In this document: positions 51,471 through 63,446 of the stretch, one piece after another
How positions within the stretch are numbered: position 1 is the first letter of the stretch
Layout: each line of letters starts with the position of its first letter
NCBI GenBank assembly: GCA_050575255.1
Contig: JBNZDD010013732.1
Location: forward strand, 14,625,682-14,689,681
Direction: 5' to 3'
DNA from: Harriotta raleighana
Lineage: Eukaryota
DNA length: 64,000 nt
Program-made: the position numbers and the translations under genes
The notes under the pieces: model-generated
Seen by the model: the letters and a program-made list of their open reading frames with translations, nothing else
Database searches by the model: none
What the model was told of the DNA's origin: nothing

Positions 51471-52549
51471 ACAAATATTTATTCAAATGTCATAGATTAG
51501 GCACCAATGTGTCTTTTGCCTTTTCTCATTCCATCTTTCTTATATGCAATTTTCAGTTCTGCATTGTGGATATCTCACTTGTTCCCTTCAAAACCATTGA
51601 AAAAAATAACTCTGAACCATCTTTCTGTAAATCTGGTCTGAAAGATAGTTCCAAGAGGTAAAAATACACTAATCTGACCCACTGTGTTGGCCCCTACCCT
51701 TTCCAAAATAGGTCTTGTCAGTGACTGTGATATAACCAGCTGTTGTATTTATCCATAGCATTAGGTCACATTGTGTAGAAGGGCAGTAAACCTTAACAAG
51801 TCTTCACAAATCTCCTACAGACACCATCATCTCGTACTCTACACCATAACTAAGTGTTTAAAGAGGTGGAACTATATTCTACGTGCAGATGATTTGATGA
51901 TATCCAGACGTGTTGATGTCTTGCCAAGTTAATTATACATTTCTAATACAGTATCTGTAACGAGAACCCAACAGTACTTCACTACCCTGCAGCAAGTAAA
52001 AACTTTAATGAACTATGTGAAATTTCCTGCAGTTTCTAACCCACTTGGGCATTTCCTAGAACATGCTGCTCTTCTGTCAAATGGGTTTACAATTTGAGAG
52101 TATAGATTTGTGTCACCTAACACTATAATATAAATGTATGTAGACACTTCTTTGTATGCAATAAATGGGTTAGTTTAATGCTTCTAACGAAAGTTTGAAT
52201 CCTACAAATTATTTATTAGTAAAAGTTATACAAGGGATAGTACAGATCACCCACAATTGTTTTGTAGATCAAACATCATAAACAAAAATTATGTATTTAG
52301 AGCAAGGAAAGTCATCTGCAGCAAATTTCTATGCCTTTATTTCCCCTTTCCCATGTAAAACATTTTAGCAGGAATTTCCCTCCTGTCAGCAAAATGTGCA
52401 CATTAAATTAGCGAGGAGAATAAAACTTAGTTTTAGTCGGACAGACATTTTTGTTCCTTTTAAACTAAAATTTTATTTCGCAATACAAGTAAAACAGTAT
52501 ATTATTGTAAAAAGGGATTGAAGGTAAATTGTGGATGAATGTGGCACAG

Positions 52550-52810
52550 CCATCAGGATTGTTGGCAAGTATATCAGGAGAAACTCCTGTCCTATTTAAT
52601 ATAATGTCACCAAATCTAATGTCCACCTGAACAGGTTTAACATCTGATCTGAAAGATAGCACCTCCAGTAATGGAGCACTCTGCCAGTACTGCAATGAAG
52701 CCTCAATGTAGACAACAGTACTTAGACAATAGATTAAGCCAAAACATAGGGCTTGAAGACACAATCTTCTGACTCCAAGGTAAAAGTGCTGTTAAACCAA
52801 GTTCTGCTGA
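52550..52810 (-). mobile_element. Old Deu-type SINE 5' part
   Basis: aatgtccacctgaacaggtttaacatctgatctgaaagatagcacctcc...cttgaagacacaatcttctgactc. Confidence 0.65.
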
Positions 52811-55696
52811 TGGTATGCTTACTTGACAAAGTCTTCCCTTTGATGCCTCACTCAATATTATATTAATGGCCTCGAGGCAATCTGTTTTGGATTCAGACAT
52901 TGGGGTCTGAGTCGGCAGTTTTTCTTAGATCTGTGTGTTGAGCTTTACAGCTTTGACTGTGCTGCATTGAGGGATCTGTATTTGGAAGTGGAATGTATTA
53001 TAGCATACATATTATCTGAGTAGGCGAGGGATGAATGGTCAGAGGCCACTCGTAGAAACCTCTGTGTGAGATTGTATCTGCGGGAGTCGATCTACAAACA
53101 GATGCTGTCCTTCATGCATGTGGCGTTCCACATTCTGGCAGTGATTTTTATAGATTGATGATGGTATTATTGATGGGATTGAAGAGTCACCTTATTATCT
53201 AATTGAGATGTTAACACACTGACCGCTATCAAATTATTAATTTATGGTGTGAACAAATTATGAAAACATTATTAATAAGATCCAGCATTTAAACCCTGTT
53301 CATGTTTATACAATATCAAGCAATTTCTTAATTTGTTTTTGTTCAAGTTAAAAAAAATTGCTATGGATACACTTAATCCAATTTCTTGCTCCTTTTAGTT
53401 TTAATTCATTATTATTAATTTTTAGTTAATGTACAAACATGAAAAACTGAAGGAAGCATTTCAACACAACAAGATGAGAAAGGAAAGGTTTTTTCCCCTC
53501 TGATTCTATTTTACTTTTGCTTTCTTCACACTCTCCTTTGGGTATTCATTTGCCCCTACCATTACGTTCTTCCCTATCTAGTTTCCTCTCAAATTGTTCT
53601 ACATCTGCAGTAGTCAACTCCTTTTCCATCAAACTCAATGGTTCTCCAAGGATCTGTAATTGCTCCCACTTTTATGCTTCTCCACAACAATGTGCTCCTC
53701 CACTCATCATCCAACTCTATCATTGTTTTTACTGATGGTTTCTGTCTACATTCATTAACTTCATTCAGATGGAACACCCTCAGCACATAATCTTCACTCC
53801 CCTCACAGTGCAATGTCTGAATCAATAAATTGTGATCTTCTTCCATGCGCTTCAATGGTTGAGTAATAACCTTGTTTCTTTTAATTCCTTAAAGGCATAG
53901 TTTATTTATGACTCCCAACTCTAAGTTGTAGTTCCTACCTGCAACCTCTGATGACTCCATTCCTATTTTGTCAACATTTAGGATCTCAATACTGTATTTC
54001 CTTTAATCTCAATTTCAACCTAAATTTCCTTTTGCTAAAACAGTCTCCAAGAAGCTCCTTCAAGTTAAACATTTTGTTATCCCTCAACATTTCCAACTCT
54101 CCATAAAGACTTTATCACTTCTCTGGTTGCTTGCAGCTCCACTAAGACCCTTCCCCCAATTCTGGAGAAAATGCAACTGAAGATTTACCATCTGATGAGT
54201 TATCCTTCCCTCACTTTCATTGTTTTCTTGCTTCCTCCCATCTTTTCCTGTTGACTCCACATTTTCTCAATATATTACAATTGCTACTCTTCTAAGGTTT
54301 CTCCAAAGCTTCAAATAACCTTCTTTTCTACTTAGTCATATGTAAGTCCGAATCTCAATTTAAGTAAAATGTTGTCGAGGAAAGCATCCAGCTCTCCGGA
54401 CTCCGCAGCTGTCTCTTTTTAACTAGGTTCTAGGAGATACATGAAAACCTCTGACTCTCCCCATATGTACTGAAGAGAACAGCCTCTGATCAGTTTCTCA
54501 TTCTGATAACTTATTTGAGATCAGGAACTCAGGGTATGAACTTGTGTGTAAGAACATCTGTGGTATTGGAAGGAAACCATGGCTCATCACATATTCAGGC
54601 CACTTACACATGAAAGATGAATGTCTTAGTTGCCCAGCCGAAAGGAGACTGATCAACAGCAATATTATACTGTGCTAGGCAGCATCTGTCCCAAAGCAGA
54701 GCCATCTCCCTGCACCTTATAGATCTCCAGTGCTAGATGAGGCAGAGACAGACCAGAGAGCCTGTCACAGAGCTGTGCCATGTGCTCCACAGGCATCACC
54801 GGGGTCACAATCCACAATTACACAGAATACCGCAGTGGCGATTAATGTGAGCCCTGTAATCTCATGCTATGATGGATTTCACTTCCTGAACAACCAGATG
54901 GTCTTTGACCAAGGGAAGATAATGCATTGCAATGCTCAATATGTTCACATTGATATCATCTGTAGTCCCAATTTATTTGAAAGCAATTAAGTGAAAGCTT
55001 CTGGGTGTAATGGACTACATAGTGAAGTCCTGGCTCATTGTATCCTTTCACAAATCTCCTAAACCAGACAAAGTAACCCGTAGCCAGGCATGTGGGTGAA
55101 CCTGAGTATGTACTTGGAAACAAAAATAGTTTATCTTCAACTAATAGGCTTCCTCTATCTAAGACATTCAAAGGGTATAGAGGGTACTATAGGAGTAGAG
55201 CAGAGCAATCTAATAATAGATTCAATAATAGATAATAATAAAAATAGATGTTGCACCATTTTAGTAGATCATGGCGATTGCGTTTTTTCTCTATCCTTTA
55301 TTTTTGCCTTTGCTTTTCAACATGCCTTTTAAACATGGGGAACAAGGATTGTTCCTGATCCCAACCACCCTTCCCTGCAGCCTGTTCTTGTGGGTTACTA
55401 AACCCTTTCGAAGACTCAGGCAGCTGAGAGAAAATGTTTGATGTCTCCCACATAGTAATGTAGCTCATTCTTCATGGCCTTGAATTCGCCAACAAATGCA
55501 CCGTAAGTGCACGTTACAGCAAATCCTGTGTCGGTTGAGACATCCTACCAACCTGCTAGGTGCCATATCAAATGACAGATTATTATTTAATATCCCCTTG
55601 TTCCCACCCCACAGTGGCTAGTTTCAGACATCTGGAAGAGGTGAAAAGCACCAAATCAAATGCAATAGGATTATTATTATTGGTATTATTGCTTGT

Positions 55697-56020
55697 GGAG
55701 TCCTGTAGCTCATTGATTAGAGCACTTGCCTTACAAGCAAGAGACCTGGATTCAATTCCAGGCAGGGTGAAACCTTGGGAAAGTTTCTTTACTCCACATG
55801 CCTAATAATAATCCCTCAAAATTTTTTTGATCATTTCAATCCACAACTGTTTGTGGGACACTGCTGTACACAATTGACTGCCGCATTTTGCCCACATACA
55901 TACAACAACAAAAGGTGCTGCTGCATTCAATTAACTTTACAATATATTCTGTGAAGCGCAGTGAACCATCTAGAAGACGTGAAAAGTGCCATATCAAATG
56001 CAAGGATCATTATTATTATT
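55697..56020 (+). mobile_element. Full-length tRNA-headed Deu-type SINE
   Basis: ggagtcctgtagctcattgattagagcacttgccttacaagcaag...attcaattcc, Deu core, (tta)n tail. Confidence 0.9.
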
Positions 56021-56817
56021 TGGTTGTATTTTGAACAAACAGTTGTGTTCAAACTGGAGTTATTATTCAAGATGCATTTTTCAGTCATTGGTTTTGAGCC
56101 CAGCATCTGTTCTTGTTTATGCCCGAAGGTGAAATGCAGTTTCTTGAGGTATTTGTCTTAAATCTGGCGGATCTCTTATCAAGTAATCAATGATTTATCT
56201 TTTGGTATGGCTGTCTGAAGGTTATAATAACAGCAATCCAAGGAAGGCAAACAGAAAACATAGTGCAGCAATGCTTAAATACCGTAATTGCATGCTCTCT
56301 GAAATATGTTAGCAAAGTCTTGAGTATTGTTTTTAGATGGTATGAATTTTAAGAGTTGTAATTAATAACATTCACAAACACAAGACTCTAAATAGAAACT
56401 GTTATCTTGGCAAAATAAGACTCCAGCCTTCAGTCTCACATTACAAAGTTTGGTGACCTAAAACTCAAATGGATTTCCCCCATCTCCCATTTGAAGTCAG
56501 CATCACAAACTGGAAACTACTCAATTAAACAACGCCTCAAAATGTCAAAGATATGAACAGATGATGCTTGGATGGAAGTGCTTTTTGTTTCAACATACCT
56601 GCTGAGATACTGTCAAAGAAAAGTTAGCAAAATTGAAAAGAAGACATTTGCAACCTTCTGATAATTTAACATTCATTCACAATTACTGTGTAACTATGTG
56701 CTAACACAGATTTGGCATGGTTCACTTATCGAGATGAATTCAATTATCCAATTCTCCAAATTCAAGGATGCTCCATCTTCACATGTATACATTTACACCT
56801 GCGTGAAACCTGAAGCC

Positions 56818-57289
56818 AACAATAACAACAAAATTACATTTATATAGCACCTTTCATGTCAGGAGGACATACCAAGGTGCTGGTCAGGTTACTGCTTCAG
56901 ACCTAGGTAGGGCGGGGTTCAGGGGCACGAGTTGCCAATAGGACCATCGAAGAGGAGAGTCTTGAGGCGAGACTTGAAGGAGGCCAGGGAGGGTGCGAGG
57001 CGGAGGCACTTTGGGATGGAGTTCCAGAGGTTGGGAGCAGAGTGACTTGAAGGCTCGCCCGCCGATGATTGGGCGGGTGGCTCGGGGTACATGGAGCAGG
57101 CCAGAGTCTGCTCAGTGGAGGGGGCGGGCAGATTGATAAGGGGATAGGAGGTCGCGGATGTAGGGTAGAGCGAGGTTGTGGAGGGCTTCATGTGTGAGGA
57201 CCAGGATCTTGAATTGGATCTTCTGGGTGATGGGGAGCCAATGGAGTCGGGCAAGGATGGGGGAGATGGGGTCACGGAGTTTGGAACGG
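56818..57289 (-). mobile_element. 5'-truncated L2 LINE
   Basis: Peptides RDPISPILARLHWLPITQKIQFKILVL and APNLWNSIP..LRLAPSLASFKSRLKTLLF; (ttg)n tail at 56818. Confidence 0.92.
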
Positions 57290-57424
57290 TAGAAAAAATA
57301 TTCCATTCCAATTGAAATAACAGTATTTCGCAACAAAAGCAATCTACAAGTTAATAGATTTTTAAAATTTGGATATTGCTCATAGTAATCTCAATTTTAA
57401 CTGTTATGCCATGGTTGACATTAA

Positions 57425-57960
57425 AAGAGTGCCATCCTTCATATAAGATGTTAAACTAACATCTTGTTTCTGTGTTCAGATAATAATAATAATAATAATC
57501 CTTGCATTTTATTAGCGCTTTTCACATCTTATCAACGTCCCAAAGCACAAACAGTCATGGATTGAAATGACCAATTTTATTTTTGTGGTTTTTTTTTGGA
57601 GGGATTATTATTAGGCATGTGGAGTAAGAAAACTGGCCCAAGGTTTCGCCCTGATCTGCCTGGATTCGAACACAGTTCTCACGCTTGTAAGGCAAGTGCT
57701 CTAACCACTTAGCCACAGGAACTCCAATAGACATTGAAGAACCCAGGCACAATTTCAAATGAAGGAATTTGTCCCAGTGTTCTGGTCAACAATCCCCCAG
57801 ATAAAATTGAACATTCACTACATGGTTGTTGTGAGACATTGTTGCCTTCAGATCGGCTGTCATATTTGTCTGCACACCATCACAAATCTTTACAACATAT
57901 CCTTTGACGCACTTTGAGATGTCACCTAATGGTGCACTAAATACAAGGATTATTATGATT
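57425..57960 (+). mobile_element. Old Deu-type SINE interrupted by a younger SINE at 57481-57725
   Basis: gtgccatccttcatataagatgttaaac...ttcaga| resumes |tagacattgaagaacccaggcac...gttctggtcaacaatcccc...aaggattatta. Confidence 0.65.
57481..57725 (-). mobile_element. Young tRNA-headed SINE with most of the Deu core deleted
   Basis: A box tggctaagtgg and B box gttcgaatcc on minus strand; close match to 47132-47442 except for an internal deletion at cccaaagc|acaaacag. Confidence 0.9.
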
Positions 57961-58139
57961 ATCATTTTCTTTTTAATGCATACTGTGTATAAAACTAAAA
58001 ATTATGTTTTTGCCTTAGTCTTTCAAAACATAAATCAGATTAATTGCAAATATTTGTTTTAATTTGCTTCAATAGAGTAAATATTTAACAGCATCCCAAT
58101 TATAAACACTTCCTTTTCTTTTGGTACCTTGGAGTCAGT

Positions 58140-58358
58140 TGATTGTTTGTAGGACACTGCTGTGCGCAATTTGGCTGCCGCGTTTCGCCCACAAATATAC
58201 AGTCAATTTGTTTTTCCTACTTTCCTTCCCCCGACCCCTCCCCCATTTGCCCCCGACCCCCCCCCGCTCTGATTCCTACTTGACTGTACAGAGCCTTGGG
58301 ACGTCCTCCCGATGTGAAAGGCGCTACATAAATGTAATTTGGATTGATTGTTTGATTA
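58140..58358 (+). mobile_element. Deu-core SINE variant with L2-type 3' end and (GATT)n tail
   Basis: Same structure as 16964-17157. Confidence 0.82.
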
Positions 58359-58386
58359 TTGGCTTAAATTCCAAGAATATTTGAAT

Positions 58387-60476
58387 ATGATTTTCCTAAA
58401 TCATTAGATCTTAACAGTGGATCATCTAATGCAAGTCCTTTTTTCTATGAACAACATTACTGACTCAGATTTTTGCCGAATGTTATTTTTTGCACATCAA
58501 TGTTTAAACATAAAACTATTCGAAAGATGGTGTCCAATATTATTCTGGAGGAATTGGAATCGCCTCATTTATCCTCCAGATACCTTGAGTTTTTAAGACA
58601 AAATAATAAAAAATAAAAAAAAATGGGGGAATTGACAAAGGAGCAAACTATTCCAAGTAAAGCTTTCTTTGCCCAATGTATGAGTGTCCACATGATAACA
58701 CACTGCTCCTTTAACAACATCAGTTCCATTGAAAATATTTCTTTTAGACCATTTACTGGATTTTTAATATCTATTAACTTGTAGATTGCTTTAATTGCAA
58801 AATACTGTTCATTTCAATTGGAATGGAATATTTCAAATCAAATTTGGTTGCTACTATTGCCAACTGCTCAAGATGAGTGAGCCATGAATGTCCACTGAGC
58901 GAACCATATTACAGTAGTTTTAGGTGATAGTGTATAACATCTCTTCGGCAAAAATCTCTGAGATTTTCATATCATTGACACTATTGTAAAGTCTCTGAGC
59001 TGATTGAGAATCTATGGTATCTAGTTAACCTACAAATATTGATACGGAATGTCCGATCATTGCAAAAAGAAAAATCCATCCAATTCATCTTCATCGGAAT
59101 CTTGTCAAGTGTGGGTATCAGTCTAGCTCAGCTTGACAGCTATTGAACAATACTGTGCTGAGACTCTGACAGTCCTGGGGGTGTGCTGTATTGTTCAAGT
59201 TTCTATCCGATTAAATGATAAATCAAAGTTCCCGCTGCCTGTTCAGGTGGATGTTGAAAACCTCGTGGCACTATTCAAAAAGAGAAAGGAGTTTCACTTG
59301 ATATCCTACCCAAAAATTCCTTCCACAAATTGGTGTAAAATACAAGAATATTAATTGTTCCACAAATATATTAATTCCAGAAAGTTTGATTTCTTGTTAC
59401 ACCCAAGATAGTGGAGCATCCAAGTAAGATATAAGGCTATTTCTCTATTTGGAATGAATTGCAGCTGAAGGTAACAACCATAATACAACGATTTAGTCTG
59501 AATTCCTGGACTAGACAGTCTCAAGATAGATAACTGCTCGGTGACAGAAGATGTTATGGAAATTTTGAAAATCACGCACGAGAGGCTATACAATCCTTGT
59601 ATATCGTGCGCATTTTAATGTTTCGGAAGCTTAAGCTTTACATCTGTTTGTTCTGAAATTTTAAGTGTTGAATTCCATTTTACAATTGCAGTAAGGAGGG
59701 GATGTTTAGAGTTTTTGCTTATTAGATATTTTGGCAAATGATGGTTTCTGGGGGACTTGAGTGATAAATTAAAAGCAGTTACTCCTTACAAGCAGCATGG
59801 TCACAGCATAATAAAACACAAGCTATTACCATAGCCCGTGTTATATCAGCCTGTGTTGTATCTATATAGCGTCAGAATGATTTTCCTAAATTATTAGATC
59901 TTAACAATGGATATGCAAGTCCTTTTTTCTATGAACAACGTTACTGACTCAGATTTTTGCCGAATGTTATTTTTTGCACATCAATGTTTAAACATAAAAC
60001 TATTCAAAAGATGGTGTCCAATATTATTCTGGAGGAATTGGAATCGCCTCATTTATCCTCCAGATAGATANCTTGAGTATTTAAGACAAAATAATTTTAA
60101 AAAATTAAAATGGGGGAATTGACAAAGGAGCAATCTATTCCAAGTNGATACCTTGAGTATTTAAGACAAAATAATTTAAAAAATTAAAATGGGGGAATTG
60201 ACAAAGGAGCAATCTATTCCAAGTNTATTTTCATATCATTGACACTATTGTAAAGTCTCTGAGCTGATTGAGGATCTATGGTATCTAGTTAACCTACAAA
60301 TATTGATACAGAATGTCCGATCATTGCAAAAAGAAAAATCCATCCAATTCATCTTCATCGNTAAAGCTTTCTTTGCCTAACATACAAGTGTCCACATGAT
60401 AACATACTGCTCCTTTATCAACATCAGTTCCATTGAAAACATTTCTTTTAGACCATTTATTGGATTTTTAAAATCT
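58387..60476. repeat. Local direct duplication (58387-59096 copied, rearranged, at 59877-60476)
   Basis: atgattttcctaaa..ttagatcttaaca... occurs twice; the second copy has Ns at 60071, 60146, 60225 and 60361. Confidence 0.85.
59120..59330 (+). mobile_element. Old Deu-type SINE 5' part
   Basis: tagctcag...gcctgttcaggtggatgttgaaaacctcgtggcactattcaaaa. Confidence 0.6.
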
Positions 60477-60821
60477 TAAAATTCAAATTTTAAAATCAGC
60501 CTGTGTTATAACCCTGTGATCATCCACATTGTGAAATGAGTTCAATGGGAATATGAACTGAACTGTAAAACTTTTGTAAGCTAAAATGGACTGTCACATT
60601 TGCCTACAATACACAGTCACTACACTTTACACTTTACTTTCTATACTTGCACAATGTATAATACTCATAGTATTACTTAAACCAGTATGGTATATGCAAG
60701 CATTGGGAATTATTGTAATTATGCTGCAATAATAATTATCCTTGCATTTCTTATAGCCCTGACATATCAAGAGGATGTTTTAAAGCACTTCACGAAATAC
60801 ATATTGTAAACAACAGTAAAA

Positions 60822-61170
60822 ACAAATTGCATTTTTATAGAGCCCTTCATGCAGGTAGAATGTCCCAAGGCACTGGATAATGAAAGGTTTGCACTAACCA
60901 GGAGTTGAAGTTAAGAGGGCAAGAGTGGTGGAGGTGGGAGGATGACCAAAGGCACAGTAAAAGAAGATCTTGAGACAGGCTTTGAAGGGTGTGGATAGGG
61001 TTCCAGATTGGAGTTCAAGAAGGTGGGGACAGAAAACCTGAAGACCCAACCATCGAACGGGTCAGTGCTCGCCAAGTGGAAACAGTGGACAGGTTGGTAA
61101 CACTTAAATAGGTCACAGAGGTAGGCAACAGTAAGAAAGTGGATGGCATTAAAAACGATGAAGTGAATTT
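60822..61170 (-). mobile_element. Degenerate L2 3' fragment
   Basis: caaattgcatttttatagagcccttc...tcccaaggcactg...gatcttgagacaggctttgaagg. Confidence 0.65.
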
Positions 61171-61241
61171 TATTGGGAGGATTGTTAGTTAGGACACCAG
61201 GAGAAACACCCTTGTTTGCCTATATGCATCAAGTGATATTA

Positions 61242-61858
61242 CAGTAAAAGCCCATTTATCTGGCACCCATGGGACCTGGCTAGTGGCAGTTAAACGGTTT
61301 TACTGTTGAACATTTTTTTAAAAATTAAGTTTTGAAAAAAATTAATTAACACATACCATATTAATAATAGATTAAATAATAACAGAATATTGTATGGGTA
61401 CTTGTAAATGTTGTACATTGTACCATATAAATAATAGACTAAATACAGTAATAACAGATACTGTACTAACAAAATATTGTATGGCTACTTTATTGTAAAT
61501 GTTAAACTATACTATATAAATAATAGATTAAATACACTAATAACAGATATTATAATAACAGAATATTGTATTAGTACTTTATTATTTATGCTTAACTTCT
61601 GCAATAGCCGCCATGGGAGGAAAACAAAACGGCAACATGACTTTTTAAAAACACAGCGGTAACGCGACTTTTAAAAAAAAAGCAGGAGTGAATTTAGACT
61701 CGACTAGCGGCCAGCCGAAATACCCGCACCAGTACTCGAGTGTGAAAATCGATTCATTAAATGCGTCATCACTATTCTGCAGCATAACTTTTTTTTTTGA
61801 GGTTCCGGTTCAACGGGTTTACTGGTTCATCGAGTCACAAATAAACGGGCTCTTACTG
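61242..61858 (-). mobile_element. Longer Tigger-like MITE with internal AT-rich repeats
   Basis: ta|cagtaaaagcccatttat ... ataaacgggctcttactg|ta; internal taatagattaaataataacagaatattgtatg is the reverse complement of the 37070 copy body. Confidence 0.82.
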
Positions 61859-62881
61859 TATATCAGCATTTGCATTCTGCATTTTGGGTACAATATCAAA
61901 GTTAATCGCCTTAAACAGCATGGGCTTGCTGAGCACTGTGTGGTGTTGACTGAAGTGCAGATTAATGTGCCATGTTGGTGGATTCATTTGTTTAGCGTGT
62001 TAAAGTCACAGCATACAGGGTTGTCATCGATTTATTAGGCAAATTATCAAAGTGACAAAATGCTTGTGTTCAGATTTTTAACTGATGATTGATACAAGCC
62101 TTCTGCGGATTTAATTTGGTCTTGAACATGTTTGACTTATTAGGGTAAGTCATTTTGTTTGCAAACTGTTTACAGCACAAATGAAGTTGCATATTAGCAC
62201 AAAATAAATCTGATTTGCATATAGTAATGATGCTGCCACTGGCGAATGCAGTGTCATTTGTGCGGGGTTGTTAAGGAACTGTCATTCATTGTGTCTATTG
62301 TGTTGGTGCATCTTTTGTCATTGGGTTATAGCTTTGTCATGGGGTTGGTGCAGCTTTTGTCTTGCGAGACTGAAGTCAGTCAGAGATGGATTGCAAGGTC
62401 AATGGAAGGAGTCCATCTTCTAAGAACATTTAAGGCAATTACATTTAAGGCTACATTTTGGGGCTCTGGCTTGCAGGGTTCACAGGAGGTGAGTCGGGTG
62501 ACCTCCCACCCCCAGTGATTGGTCTGTCCTTCCATGTCCTGCTGATGAGCCAGGCTGTCTGTGGCTGACATCAACACTGCCTAGGAGTACAGCGGAAAGA
62601 TGAAAGTCACTAGTTTGCAATTTGACATCTGACAAATGCATTTTTTAGCTCTCACTGGTGGATTGTAGATACCAGGAACCCCTGCCAGCTTTCCTGTGGA
62701 CAACCCAGCCCAAAGTGAAATGCGTGAGTGCATTGCCATTTTCATCCTGTCTGCAGCTCGGCCACAAGACCCTTCCCATTGAGTGATGGTTTCACCAGTT
62801 GGAGGTACAGAGTTTAGTTGCTTGACAACAAACCAACTCTCTGTAGCAAGTATTGAATATATAGTTTTCTCTGAGATCTAA

Positions 62882-63372
62882 CACAACAACAACAACAACA
62901 AAATTACATTTGTATAGTGCCTTTCCCATCAGGAGGATTTCCCAAGGTACTGGAAAGTCAGTGTTTTGCACCCAAGCTGGGGTCGAGATCAGAGAGGGGT
63001 AGAGGGGGATGACTGATGGTAAGGTTCAAAGACAAGGATCTTGAGGTGGGATATGAAGGAGGCTAGGGAGAGTGCAGGCGGAGGGATTGCGGGATGGAAT
63101 TTTATAGGTTGAGGGAGAGTGGCTGATGGTGGGTCAGGTAGGTCGAGGGACAAGGAGCAGGCCGGAGCCCACTGAGCAGAGGGAGCAGACAGGTTAGGTG
63201 GGTGGTTAGGAAGTCGCAGAGGTAGGGTGTGTCAAGGCCACAGACAGTTTTAAAGGTGAGGACCAGAATCTTGAATCGAATCCTCTGAGTACTGGGAAGC
63301 CAGTGGAGTTGGGCGAAAATGAGGGTGGGGTTCAAGGAGCCTGGTGCAGGAGAGGACATGGGCTGCAGAGTT
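62882..63372 (-). mobile_element. 5'-truncated L2 LINE
   Basis: Peptide FAQLHWLPSTQRIRFKILVLTFK; (ttg)n tail at 62882-62900. Confidence 0.9.
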
Positions 63373-63431
63373 AACCTGCTCTTTGTAATGCTGGATGAAA
63401 TATTCTTTGCTGAAATGTCATTGCTGCTACT

Positions 63432-63446
63432 TTTTGTTATGCAAAT
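63432..63446 (+). promoter_or_regulatory. Sox-Oct (SoxB1/POU) composite motif match
   Basis: ttttgttatgcaaat matches CTTTGTTATGCAAAT at 14/15 positions; motif match only, function untested. Confidence 0.35.

Noticed and set aside
55697-55770. tRNA-Val(TAC) gene
   Set aside because: Continuous with a SINE body and tail, B box is degenerate, and related heads occur at other SINE copies
60072-60224. About 75-bp tandem repeat
   Set aside because: Both copies are bounded by Ns; most likely a scaffolding artefact
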